64,000 bases of DNA from Eledone cirrhosa (GCA_964016885.1 OZ024745.1:89900001-89964000); one strand, 5' to 3'. Shown: positions 14,377-27,614, counted from the stretch's first letter. A program made the numbers and translations. Notes: generated by a model from the sequence alone, not told the origin.

Positions 14377-15322
14377 TCGGTCCTTTGTAGCCTCAGTACC
14401 CCCACCCCCTTCCCCTATTCTATGATAGAATTGGCCGACTCCGCTTTTTATAGCAGATGTGATAGACCCCGGATACTTGCTTTTTTATCCGATGACTGCC
14501 CCTTTTCCGTGCTTTCAACATTTCTTAGTGGTATCTTTGCTTTAATTTCTCGTATATCAGTATTTATTATTTGGGGGTGGGGGTGGGGGTTCTGAATTAA
14601 TTTTCCGTATAAAATTTTTCATATACTTCGTACGAGCATTTATGTAGTTTGCACTAGAATTTTTGTATCGTAGCGGCACCCTTAGAGATAGTATTAGTAT
14701 TCTTTTTCGGGTTTCTGAATTATTATTTTGTATTAGTTTATTTTTTGCACTGGGTGGTTGCTGGCCTGGTGCCTTGGGTAGAAACAATTATTTCGTATTA
14801 GTCTCGGGACTCTGGATTATTATTTCGTGGTAGTTTCTTTAGTATCTTGGCCCCGCACTTGTTGACCCGTCACCGTAAGATATACTCGATTGATTACTAC
14901 TACCTCTTAAAAGGGTCTCATTATAATTCCGTCCCACCTAGTACTTTTCTATAGTCTAGCAGTACCAGTGAGAGACTTGACGGCTGTCGTTAGGGAATAG
15001 TAACCAGAAATTGTTTTTTTTTAATATTTAATTGTTTTTTTAACATTCTCAGTATTCTTCTATATATTTACCCCATATTGTCTTACTTATTGTTTCGACT
15101 TCCTCCCCCTCCCCCTCCCTAGTATATTTCTTTGACCTCCTGCCCTGCTGTAGTTGGCACTATCAACGCACGACTGGGTTTCCTCCACCCCCTCTCCCTC
15201 TTTCTTCTACTGGCAGGTTCAGCTACCCCTTCCTTCCACAAATTGCCATGATAGAATTATGTGTCTCAACAACAAACTTTTGACCAATCCTTGTGACAAT
15301 CACTTTTAACATATATGGAATT

Positions 15323-15418
15323 ACCCTCTGAGAAGCTCGGCTATTCATATACCAGGATAAACATTTTCATTTAGTCCAAAATTAGCGGTCAAAACGGCTT
15401 GAGCTCAGCCCTCGGGGT
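15323..15418 (+). ncRNA. degenerate hammerhead-like motif in PLE4 pLTR (also 18881-18976)
   Basis: two-copy consensus ACCCC-CTGAGAA-..CGGCTA/TAGCCG..-GAAA-CGGCT..AGCCG-TC-GGGGT; each copy has disruptions. Confidence 0.4.
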
Positions 15419-15590
15419 CCTACTCGTTCCTATTACCCTAGTATTGAGTACTTTGGTGCGTTATGGTCCACCTGGTTCCTTACCACATTTCCTTCGTTAT
15501 ATAGCTCCTATTCCCGTAGTAGAGCACTTTCCGACCCTACCACGCCGTATCCAGACTTTTCCGCTAAGCTCAAGTTCTTTCACCCACACC

Positions 15591-17730
15591 ATGCGAAAAC
15601 ACAACATCGACTTCTCCACCAAGAACATCCCAGTTCCACCTAAAAAACTTTACCTTCGGATGCTCACGCAAAAAATCGACCTATTTACGAAAAGACTTAG
15701 ATGGAGAACTTTTTTCTACGACAGATATTGCGACAATGAGGACTTCGGTACCAAGGAGAGATTCGGATTTAATACCTACAAATATCCCCCTCCGAACCCT
15801 ATTCTCTCACCCTTCGAGAATGACCTTTTCCAACTAGTCAAGAAGATTAAATTCAAACCCAGACACAACCGATTCCTACAAAAACTCCGTAGCAACTTAA
15901 CAGAGTATGATAACACCATGACATCATGGTGCACTCGGATAAAACTGGTAACCTCTACTTCGTCAACCCCGACAGATACCACACACTGATCAGGAGCAGC
16001 CTAAACTCCACCTATAAAAAGGCTAACCACTCCTGCATCAAGGACATCAATCGAGATGGACAACAAATTACCTCCAGCCTCGGGGTCGCCGACCGCACGG
16101 AACCCCTAGAGCCACGGACACCCCACTTCACACTGAAGGACCACAAATCCGATTTCGACCGTAAACCTTCTATCAGGCTTATAAACCCAACGAAGTCCGA
16201 CATAGGGAGAATCAGCAAAAAAATCCTAGACCGCGTTATACCAAAAATTAAGCAACACGCCAGACTTAGCCTATGGGTCAACACCCAGGAAGTAATCTCA
16301 TGGTTCAGCAATATGGAGGACAAACGAGACACAAAATTCATCCAGTTTGACATAGAGAGTTACTATGCTTCAATTACCTTACCGCTACTTACGGCTGCCT
16401 TGGACTTTGCCGAAACACTTGCGCCCATCACCGACCAGGAAAGAAACATCATCCTCCACGCCAGGAAGACAGTCCTACTCTTCGACAACTACAAATGGAT
16501 AAAGAGAGATCCCGACTCACCCTTGGACGTCAGCATGGGCGCGACGGATTCGGCTGAGGTCACAGATCTTATAGGATTATTCATACTAGTTAAACTCACC
16601 GATATGTTTCCTGCATTCGGCGGTGGATTGTACCGTGATGATGGGCTCCTTATCCTTAAAGGGTACAATCCCAGTAGTACAGACCGGGTCCATAAACAAT
16701 TAATCAGCTTCTTCCGCGACTGGGGATTTAAAATAACACTACAAACGTCCCTGACCCGAGTAAACTTCCTGGACGTTACCCTTGACCTCGATAATGATCT
16801 GTACTACCCTTACAGGAAACCCAACGGCAACCTGCACTACATCCACCGCCGGTCAAACCATCCTAGGAACATCACCAATAACCTGGTTAAAAACATCTCC
16901 CTCCGCATATCTCGTTTGTCCGCTAATGAGCAGATATTCGAGGAACATGCACCTTATTACAACCAGGCCCTCAAGCGGAGTGGTTTCCGGGAGGAAATAT
17001 CCTACTGTCCAGCTTCCATTAGCGGAACCAGCAGGCGACACCGCCGCTCACGCAATGTAACATGGTTCAATCCTCCCCACAACGCCGAGGTGACAACTCA
17101 TATCGGGAAAATCTGCTTTAGGCTCATCGAAAAACACTTCCCACTACAACACCGCTACCACAACATAATTAACAAAAATACCATCAAACTCTCCTACAGC
17201 ACCACACCAAACTTTGCACAAAACATCGTCTCCTCTAACAACAAAAAATTCAACCCCTATGGAAGAAATAACCTAAATAGCAGTGGAGAGCCGACCAGGA
17301 GGTGCAACTGTCCTGATGGATCCATTTGCCCCCTCGACAACAGATGCAGAGATCGTAATGTGATCTACCAGTGCAACGTGAGGACGGACACCTCCAACAA
17401 AGCTTATATAGGATTAACTGCGTGTGACTTCAAGACCCGGCTATACCAACACAGACATACCTTCCGAAACCCGGCCCGGCATCACGCCACCACACTTTCG
17501 GGCCACATCTGGGACCTCAAGGATAACAATATTACCTATGATCTCACTTGGAGTTTACTGTCCAGAGCCAACTCTTACACGGGAGGACGCCGTCCGTGCA
17601 ATTTATGCTCGGAGGAAACTTTACAAATGCTGTTTTAGATGGACCAACTCCTAAACAAGAAAGACGAACTGGTAACTGCATGCAAACACAGATTGCGTAG
17701 GACTTACCTCGCCCTCAAACCCCATAATGA
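15591..17730 (+). pseudogene. PLE RT + GIY-YIG protein; one frameshift (~15920) and a late premature stop (17636)
   Basis: DFSTKNIP, RLINPTKSDIG, FIQFDIESYY, GLYRDDG, NFLDVTL, SNHP, WFNPP, CNC..CPL..C, VIYQC..YIGLT..FK.R, CNLC. Confidence 0.9.
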
Positions 17731-18986
17731 CCCGGGGGGTAGACAAGGGCTGTAACACCCCACTTGCCGACTTTGTAATGGGTAACCCATGCTGGCAAAG
17801 GTAGTCGTAAGATCTTCTTTTATATCTTTTTATCGCTTCCTCTATATTTCCTTCTTCCCCCCATCCCTTGCTAGTCCTTCCACCCCAGTCCTCTCTCTTT
17901 GTCGTCGTCCTTTTCACTTTCTCGCCTACCCGAGGCAGCCCCTCGGTCCTTTGTAGCCTCAGTACACCCACCCCCTTCCTCTATTCTATGATAGAATTGG
18001 CCGACTCCGCTTTTTATAGAAGATGTGATAGACCCCGAATACTTGCTTTCTTATCCGATGGCTGCTCCTTTTCCGTGCTTTCTACATTTCTTAGTGGTAT
18101 CTTTGCTTTAATTTCTCGTATATCAGTATTTTTTTTTGGGGGGGGGGGGGATTCTGAATTAATTTTCCGTATCAAATTTTTCATATACTTCGTACGAGCA
18201 TTTATGTAGTTTACACTAGAATTTTTGTATCGTACCGGCACCCTTAGAGATAGTAATAGTATTCTTTTTCGGGATTCTGAATTATTATTTCGTATTAGTT
18301 TATTTTTTGCACTGGGTGGTTGCTGGCGTTGTGCCTAGGGTAGAAACAATTATTTCGTATCGGGACTCTGAATTATTATTTCGTGGTAGTTTCTTTAGTA
18401 TCTTGGCCTCCCACTTGTTCACCCGTCACCGTAAGATATACTCGATTGATTACTACTACCTCTTAAAAGGGTCTCATTATAATTCCGTCCTACCTAGTAA
18501 ACTTTTCTATAGTCTAGCAGTACCAGTGAGAGACTTGACGGCTGTCGTTAGGGAATAGTAACCAGAAATTGTTTTTTTTTTATATTTAATTATTTTTTTA
18601 ACATTCTCGATATTCTTCTATATATTTACTCCATATTGTTTTACTTATTGTTTGGACTTCCTCCCCCTCCCCCTCCCTAGTATACTTCCTTGACCTCCTG
18701 CCCTGCTGTAGTTGGCACTATCAACTCACGACTGGGTTTCCTCCACCCCCTCTCCCTCTTTCTTCTACTGGCAGGTTCAACTACCCCTTCCTTCCACAAA
18801 TTGCCATGATAGAATTATGTGTCTCAACAACAAAATGTTGACCAATCTTTGTGACAATCACTTTTACCATATATGGAATTACCTCCCGAGAAGCTCGGCT
18901 ATTCATATACCAGGATAAAAATGTTCGTTTAGTCCACAATTAGCCGTCGAAACGGCTTAAGCTCAGCCGCCGGGGTCCTACTCGTT

Positions 18987-19061
<75 letters not shown>

Positions 19062-19066
<5 letters not shown>

Positions 19067-19915
19067 ACAAAGTAATACACAGACACATGCGAATATATAC
19101 ATCTACATGCATATACCCACATATATCTCTGAATTTGTGTGGTGGCAACCTTAATCGTTGTTGCTCTATGAAAAATAGGGACAAAATAATCTGAATGGTT
19201 TAGATTGATTCAATATCAGAGCTATATAATACATTATAAAGAAAGAAGAAACATTAGATATAAATAAAAAGATATAATATACCTAAATTCCCTCATTATC
19301 CTCGACTACGTAGTTTCGTGGCTATTATGCAAAAACATTACATCATAGAGATGCAGTATTTTTGTGAGGTTTGCCGACTTATCAAGAGGATAGCTCAGTT
19401 AGAGTTATAAAACACGTCCGTAGGACGCGAGATAGAATCCCGAAAGGTGGAGGGGGAACTTATCACGTGATACAGCGGTCAAGAAACAGAGCTAAGCCTC
19501 TTACAACCAAGAGAAAAATACCACCAAAGGCTGAGGGGGTGTTTATGTCAACGTCGTAGAAGAGTTGGCTAGGATGGCGAGAAGTGTGATTAGTGAAAGC
19601 TTAACAGCAGTCACTATACTTCAGTTGTTACTCTACCGTAGGGAGTTATAAACAATACAAAGAAATACACAGACACATGCGAATACATACATATACATGC
19701 ATATACCCACATATATCCCTGAATTTGTGTGGTGCCAACCTTAACCGTTGTTACTCTATGAATAATAGGGACAAAATAATCTGAATGGATTAGATTGATT
19801 CAATATCAAAGCTATATAATACATTATAAAGAAAGAAGAGACCGAGGATAATGAAGGAATTTAGGTATATTATATATTTTTATTTATATCTAATGTTTCT
19901 TCTTTCTTTATAATG

Positions 19916-19920
<5 letters not shown>
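19062..19920 (-). mobile_element. family C (~590 bp unit) HHR element: 1.3 units plus short inverted arm
   Basis: 19062 is repeated at 19652; HHR 19299-19390(-) with TTGATAA core; inverted arm 19843-19920; homologous to the 28907-30880 array. Confidence 0.8.
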
Positions 19921-20000
<80 letters not shown>

Positions 20001-20114
20001 AGTATATATATATATATATCCAAAATTAAATTAAGCGTTGTTATGTCTGAAAGACATGCGCCATATCCACTGCAGAATAAGCACAAAGATTCCAATGAAT
20101 AGATCCGAACATTT

Positions 20115-20762
20115 TATATCAACTAGAAATAGATTGACATATATATATATATATAAAATAAACATATGAAACAATCACAGCGAATAATTTGTAAAGTGTG
20201 TAAGCACACATAGCTAGGTAGGTAACTAATTAAAGTTTAACTAGAACTTCAAATATAGATACCTTTTAAAATGATTAATCTCCTTTTTATATATTTCTTT
20301 AAATAAAAAATATATTTCACCAATTAATCGGTAAATCACAGTAGTCAAATTCGGATGGTCACCAAAGGAGAAGATCCAACCATCTGTGTTTACATAGCAA
20401 ATGCAAATCTGTCAATAGAAATAGATTGATGTATATATATATATAAAATAAACATATGAAACAATCACAGGCAATAATTTGTAAAGTGTGTAAGATGGTT
20501 GGATCTTCTCCTTTGGTGACCATCCGGGATTTGAGTACTGTATTTTACCGATTAATTGGTGAAATATATTTTTTATTTGAAGAAATATATACAAAGGAGA
20601 TTAATCATTTAAAAAGGTATCTATATTTGAAATTCTAGTTAAACTTTAATTAGTTACCTACCTAGCTATGTGTGCTTACACACTTTACAAATTATTCCCT
20701 GTGATTGTTTGATATGTTTATTTTATATATATATATATGTCAATCTATTTCTAGTTGATATA
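20115..20762. mobile_element. ~290 bp-unit HHR element, palindromic
   Basis: 20124 is repeated at ~20415; 20493-20760 is the reverse complement of 20117-20385. Confidence 0.8.
20507..20600 (+). ncRNA. hammerhead ribozyme with G3:C8-swapped core (GTGACCA)
   Basis: TCTCCTTTG-GTGACCA-stem II-GAAA-TATATT..AATATA-TA-CAAAGGAGA; mirror copy at 20279-20371(-). Confidence 0.6.
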
Positions 20763-20779
20763 TATATATGTATATATAT

Positions 20780-21160
20780 AATTAGTTTTGCGAGGTTTTT
20801 GATATGAAATCGTGTGTCGAAACAAATATTGTTATACTTGGGGAGGGTCATATTTGTGTAATAATACTGCCAGAATTAATAACAGAACACACTCACTGTT
20901 TGGTTGGCTTTCGCTTCTGTGTCTTTTATATCGGTTAATTTAGTTTATTCGGTCCTCAATGTTACCATTGACTGACTAACGGTCAAAAATACAGATATAA
21001 TAGAGACACAAACATATATATAGTCTAACAAAGTTCTTTCGTTGCACATCTGCAACATCGTCAGTGGTGCTATTATGTTTCCTCCTATTATGAGTGTGTT
21101 CTGTTATTAATTTTGGCAATATTATTACACAAATATAACTCTCCCCAAGTATAACAATAT
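20780..21160 (-). mobile_element. family H non-autonomous PLE1-like pLTR element with HHR and short inverted arm
   Basis: CTGACGA-T-GTTGCA gatg TGCAAC-GAAA on - (~21025-21070); shares its 3' end (atgaccctccccaagtataacaata) with PLE1. Confidence 0.7.
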
Positions 21161-21340
21161 ATATATATATATATATAAATGGAAAAAATGAAATTTCATT
21201 TCTCACTCTTAGTACAGCTGATACTTAAATATAAGTATGTATACGTACATACATATATGTATACAGACGTACAGTAGTATGTATATACATACATGCACAC
21301 ATATATATATATATATGTACGTATGGGTTTACCGAACATT

Positions 21341-21411
<71 letters not shown>

Positions 21412-21414
<3 letters not shown>

Positions 21415-22170
21415 AAGATCGGAATTAAGTATTAGTATTCCGCAATTCACAGTAATAATAATAATACTACCTCGAAGAACAGAGAATTTTCATCTGAGCT
21501 CAAATACAAATATATTACACAGAGAGAAGTGTGTTACACAGTGAGATGTGTGTAAAACATTATTACATGTGAGTTTAACCGTTACTGTATGGAGAACAAT
21601 ACCTACAGGTTAGCAATTAAATAGAAAAAAACCTAAGTCAGAATCAAATCTCTGAAGTAGAGTTTTAAATTACTAACCTTATAACTACAAGCTTGCTGAT
21701 ACGAATTTAGTTCGTTTCACCACAGAAATGTGCGGTATAACAGCCCATAGGATCTTCAGTCAGCAAGTATGGGTACTGTTTACCACACATCTAGCTTAAT
21801 GGATAGAGAGAAAGCTAATAACACGTTGCCCAGAGTAGGTCGAAATCACGTGTTATGTGCATCAAATAACGGCTCTCATGAATTGGGGGAAATGCTAGAG
21901 AGTGCAGCCCAACCATTCGAATTTATTAGCTCTACAATCTGGAGCTCGTTAAATATACAAAGATCGGAATTAAAGTATTCCGCAGTTCACAGTAATAATA
22001 GTAATTTACAACTCTTCTTCAAAGATTTGATTCTGACTTAGGTTTTTTTCTATTTAATTGCTAACCTGTAAGTATTGTTCTCCATACAGTACCGGTTAAA
22101 CTCACATGTAATAATTTTTTACACACATCTCACTGTGTAACACAATTCTCTCTGTGTAATATATTTGTAT
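21412..22170 (-). mobile_element. ~545 bp-unit HHR element with inverted arm
   Basis: acaaagatcggaatta at 21412 and 21957; 22010-22170 inverts ~21500-21665. Confidence 0.75.
21692..21767 (-). ncRNA. type-I hammerhead ribozyme
   Basis: CTTGCTGA-CTGAAGA-stem II-GAAA-CGAA ctaaa TTCG-TA-TCAGCAAG (8-bp stem I, canonical core, GUA site). Confidence 0.85.
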
Positions 22171-22178
22171 ATATATAC

Positions 22179-22260
<82 letters not shown>

Positions 22261-22410
22261 TAAATATATATAGAGAGATAGTATAGATATAATAGAAAAT
22301 GTGAAAACTAAAATCCGAAGAGGGCTCGATAAGGGTTTTTTTTTTAGTTTCAGATGATCCTGTAAAGGGTGGGAGCAGCGATTCTTTTCTTAAACATTAA
22401 TCTCTTCTTA

Positions 22411-23808
22411 TCTATACATATATATAAAACTGAAATTGTCTGTGTGTGTGTGTCCTAATTTTTGCAAAGTCTATACAAATCCAAATTTCTACTCCGATTG
22501 ACTTCAAACCTGCATTCTTAAGATAATTAACTGCAGCTTTTATTTTTCAATTTTCTGTTGTTAAAAGGGTGTTAGGCGCCAGTTATCAATCTCTCTTTCT
22601 TTCTTCGTCTGTCCTTTTAGATAGATACATAGCTATAACGTCGTGCCCTTATAATATCAGTCTGTATATCTGGCATTACGACATTATGACAAAAATTGTT
22701 CTCATTGCTGACGTATTATCTTCGCTATTTTCCGTTCATTGCCAGGGAACGTCTTCACGAACAAAAGTATCGTCTTCCTGTTTTCCTTCGGTTTCAACGT
22801 TTTTCGAAATATTTACTTCTGCGTTCACAGATTGATTTCTTTAGTTTCAGAAGATCCCGTTATGGGTGAACGCAGAGATTCTTTGATTAAACTTTAATCT
22901 GTTAATTTAATATATATATTCGTGTACAGATATTTTTGCATACACAAAAACAAAATATAAACAAACTTATTTATTTCACGAAAGCATAGACGGCTTATCG
23001 TCATTGTTACTACTTTTGCCACAAGGCCACCAATTACATAGTCAACGGTTCGGAAATCACATGCATCACTGACGAGTTTACTCCTTACTCTACCAGTTAG
23101 TCTTAATGTACTTCGTCCTGCATTTAGGTCATGCCTCGAAGGAAGAGATACTCCATTGGGCGAAATACTGCGAAAGCGGCAAGAAAAAGAACAAGGTGGG
23201 CAAACGAATCATCAGTGGAATCTGCTATTCGACGATCGCAAGATGCTTAACGTACTGCCACCAGAAGAGCACTTGAAACAGACAACCAACGAACCATTCG
23301 CCGAACCGTGTCAGGTTTGGAATGTCTATCAACAAATCCCAGGGTCAGATCCTAGCTGTTGCTGGTCTTCTTTTGGAAGAGTCATGTTTTTCACACGGGC
23401 AACTATACGTTGGCTGCTCAGGAGTGGGAAGCAAGACACGTTCACATTGCATATGCCCGACACGAAATAACAAGAAACATTGTGTACAAGAAGACGCTAC
23501 AGTCATTGTTTAGGTAGACAAGGCAGAAGGGGATATACACGATTGGCTGAAGAAGTATGAGACTGTGTTAGTAGTACGACCAACGGCTGCTATCACACCA
23601 ACAGCAGCAAAAACAACAACAAAAAAGAGAGGGGACGCAATTACATGCTTTTCAAAATTCTTAATGGAAAATTATTTGCCTAAGCACAATATGTAGACAC
23701 CATCCCGAGGCCGAGGTATTTCGTACTTCTCTGTACTGTTTCAGAAAGGAGGGATAAACATGCCAATCTATGTTTAGAAGCCCGAGCAACGCCAGGCCAT
23801 TCTGCTAA
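22411..23808 (+). mobile_element. non-autonomous Helitron remnant with nested family D pLTR fragment (~22600-22920)
   Basis: 5' A|TCTATAC; PIF1-type helicase C-terminus MSINKSQGQ..CFSHGQLYVGCS (23322-23513); 3' cccgagcaacgccaggc..CTAA|T. Confidence 0.65.
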
Positions 23809-23866
23809 TAATATGTATACAGATACATATACATGTATCTATGTATATATGTATGTACATATGTAC

Positions 23867-23977
<111 letters not shown>

Positions 23978-24300
23978 CATATACATATATCTATGTATAT
24001 ATGTATGTACATATGTATGTTTTCTCTTTCTCTTAATTTCGAGTATATTTTTTTGACCGGCCACCTTCCTGGTGGCAAGGTTGTAAAAGAAAAGAAATTG
24101 TCATCCCTTGAATCGCAAGAATGTTTTGCATATTTTGAAGGTGCCAGCTATCGCAGCCATTTGTAGACTATGAATTAGGGAGCTGCGCTTTTTGTCCGCA
24201 AATCCAAGTTCGGTCATACTTTGGTCCAAGCGGGTTGGTATATAACCCGTAGCACCATATGTATGTATATATGTATGTATGTATATATGTATATATCTAT

Positions 24301-24459
24301 CTAAGGCGGGTAAAATTCCCGATCTCCATGGACGAGTTCTCTCCAGCGGTCTCTGTCCCTCATTATCGCTGCCATGTCCTGCGTCTCCAACAGGCCAGTG
24401 TCTGTCCTTAGGGTATCAACATACGTTAACCTTGGTCTTCCTCTTCTAATGTGTCCTGA

Positions 24460-24460
<1 letters not shown>
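24301..24460 (-). mobile_element. RTE-clade LINE 3' fragment
   Basis: RRGRPRLTYVDTLRTDTG..RDRDRWRELV..EFYPP*; same family as 52395-53810. Confidence 0.8.
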
Positions 24461-24494
<34 letters not shown>

Positions 24495-24500
<6 letters not shown>

Positions 24501-25318
24501 AAAGCAAGTCCACAGAATTATTTGATAATATATATACATCATTTCTTCTCCCAATTAGAATAATTAACCACACAAAAAATCAATTAGACCAGGCTATAAG
24601 ATTAAAAGGCACCTATAAAGAAACAGTAAATAAATATACCATAGCAGAATCTTCGCGGCCAACCGCTATAAAATATCTACCCAACATAAAAACAGCACGT
24701 GGAAATTAATTAAATATACGGTCAACCATACACAATTAGGCATAAAATTAAAGTTAGAAATGCTTATATACATACCAGGATTAAATCCCTAAATCCCGAC
24801 CCATGGGTTTCGTTCTCATTTTGAGATATCCTATTAAGGATAAATCTCGAGTTTAGAACTCTTCATGGGACAAACTCGCCAGGAGAGATTTTTTTCTGAA
24901 GTTGCCCCCGCCAAACACGAATTCAAAATGGCTGAGAACTGTGACGTGGCAGTGGTCAAGTCAGAAAGAATGTGATTGGTTGCTTACGGCGAGTGGGTTG
25001 GTTGCTAGAAGTCGCAGCCCAATATTGCCCAAATTGTGTCTCAACCTTACGGGAGATTATTAAATATAAATATTTACACATACAACGATTAAACAAAGTC
25101 ACAGATATATATGTGTTTTGGCAACCATTCACGATGTGGCTCAATGAAAATTAATAAATTAAATAATCAGAGCAAAATACTATAAAGTAAAGCAAGTCCA
25201 TTATGATTATTTAATTTATTAATTCTTCATTGAGCCACATCGTGAATGGTTGTCAAAACACATATATATCTGTGAATTTGTTTAATCGGTGTATGTGTAA
25301 ATATTTATATATATATAT
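24495..25318 (-). mobile_element. ~690 bp-unit HHR element with inverted arm
   Basis: aaagtaaagcaagtcca at 24496 and 25184; 25201-25315 inverted; HHR 24793-24871(-): GTCCC-ATGAAGA-GTTCT..AGAAC-GAAA-CCCATGGG-TC-GGGAT (C3A). Confidence 0.7.
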
Positions 25319-25426
25319 TTGAGGGCGGTTGACCGGGCTGCTAGCTGCTAAATGGTCGGCCCCTCTCATGTCTCTGATTTTCAGCACCATGGAGTTGGTC
25401 TATTATATTCCTCTGTTATATTTCGA

Positions 25427-25484
25427 ATACCTGATGATGTCACCGGATTCATACTGAACCCGGTCATTGAAATTATCATAGTAT
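25427..25484 (+). ncRNA. type-I hammerhead ribozyme, family F (second copy 25865-25922 on -)
   Basis: ATAC-CTGATGA-..ACCGG..CCGGT..-GAAA-T(G/T)ATCA-TA-GTAT. Confidence 0.7.
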
Positions 25485-25526
25485 AATAAACCTTTTAAGG
25501 ATTACACCAGTCCAGCCTCCTGTTAT

Positions 25527-25672
<146 letters not shown>

Positions 25673-26377
25673 ATTAGGTTTGTTGGTTCCCCACTGGATA
25701 GAATTGGTCATTCCGTATGGTCAACCTCGATGTAATATTATGGAGAGCACTCAACGAAATGCAACTCACCGGTCTTCGTTTGTGTAGTTGATGGTGCGAG
25801 TATGGAGTTAATTATTATAAAATAACAGGAGGCTGGACTGGTGTAATTCCTTAAAAGGTTTATTATACTCTGATCATTTCAATGACCGGGTTCAGTATGA
25901 ATCCGGTGACATCCTCAGGTATTCTAAATATAACAATGGAATATAATAGACAAAATCCATGGTGCTGAAAATCAGAGACGTAAGGGCGTCCGAACATTTA
26001 GCAGCTTCTACTCCGGTCTGCCACCCTCAAGTGGTGATTATTAAGCCTACTTATGTCCATCTGGTGAAGGGGCGCAGGGTTATAGTGTACTACTACCACC
26101 CCATCAAAGACAGAGGCTAGCGTTGAGATCAGGTCACAATCACGCTGGTCATGCGTGCTAAAATGTGCCGCGAAAAATATTTTATCAAAGAACATATATC
26201 TTTAACAAAGCTATATATAGTAATATATAGTAATATATAGTGGGCGTCTTATATATATATGCGTGTGTGTATGTGAATGGGTGTATGCTTGGGGGAGATG
26301 TATACAAGTCTCTGTGGGCGGATGGTGGTTGATAAACTGCATGGTTGTCAAAACACATATATATCTTCTCCCAAGTG

Positions 26378-27574
26378 ATGCTTTCGGAAAGCTAGAAAGG
26401 CGACTCTGGGGTCGGCGAGACATATGGAGGATGACAAAGGTAAAGGTGTACAAGGCATGTGTGCTCTCTTGTCTTCTTTATGCCTGCGAGACCTGGGTCA
26501 CATATTGACCCCATCTTAAGCAATTGGAGCGTTTCCACCAGATGTGTCTCAGACGGATCCATGACGTTCACTGGAGGGACCACATCAGTGATATCGAGAT
26601 TTTGGAAAGCTCTATGTGTGAGAGTATAGAAGCTCTTGTGCTTAAGCAACGACTCCGTTGGAGTGGTCACCTTGCCAGGATGAAGGATTCTAGAATACCA
26701 AAGCAACTCTTTTATGGAGAGTTGGTTAAAGGAAAACGACCGCCACATAAACCAAAAAAGAGGTATAAGGATTCCTTGAAAGCCTCTTTGAAAGACGCTA
26801 ACATCTCTGCTGATACATGGGAAAATATTGCTGCTGATCGTAATAAATGGAGAAAGCCTGTATATGAGGGAAAAGTTGCCTTTGATCATCTCGAATCGCA
26901 TACGAGAAAGTAAAGCGAGATATGAGAAAGGGCATTGCTGTTGCACTTCCAGACAGCGAGGGTCCTCCTATGGTGCTGACATGCAGCGTCTGTGCGAGAT
27001 TCTGCCTAAGCAAAGCTGGACTCGAAAGTCATCTTCGCAGTCATAAAGTAAGACCAGTGTTTGACTACCAGGCTGCTGTTGGAGATGCTACTCATCATGC
27101 TTGCCAAACATGTGGTAGATAATGTAAATCAGCAGGAGGGCTCAAGCGACATGCAAAAGTACATGAACTCCAACCACAGCCGGCTATTCCCAGTGAATGT
27201 TTTGGTTGCCGACTCTGTGCAAGACATTTTGGATCATTGGCTGGGCTAAAAAGCCACATTCGATCGCAGCGCTGTTAGTTGCGATCGTGTGTGTGTATGG
27301 ATATGTTTATGTGGGTGCGTGTGTGTATATATATATGTATATGTATATTATTATTGTTATTGTTGTCGTTATTATTATTGTTGTTATTATTATTATTATT
27401 GTTATTAATGTATATGTGTGTATGTATGTATATGTGTGTGTATGTGTGTATATGTGTGTTTGTATATATATATATATATATTTCTTTTTTTTTAATTTTA
27501 TTTTTTATTTATTTATTAATATATATATTTTTTTTTCTCCTCGTGCAAAGGCCATACTCGATAACGAGGGGGCA

Positions 27575-27582
<8 letters not shown>
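26378..27582 (+). mobile_element. RTE/BovB-like LINE 3' part with C-terminal C2H2 zinc fingers
   Basis: TKVKVYKACVLSCLLYACETW, LERFHQMCLRRI, RLRWSGHLARM..RIPKQLFYGEL; CSVC..H, CQTC..H and CRLC..H fingers; 3' hairpin ctcgataacgag before (TA)n. Confidence 0.85.

Positions 27583-27614
<32 letters not shown>

Larger units (their letters stand above)
14377..18990 (+). mobile_element. near full-length PLE (PLE4) with ~1.05 kb direct pseudo-LTRs
   Basis: 14377-15430 is repeated at 17943-18990, flanking the RT/GIY-YIG ORF; 3' end abuts (TA)n. Confidence 0.92.
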
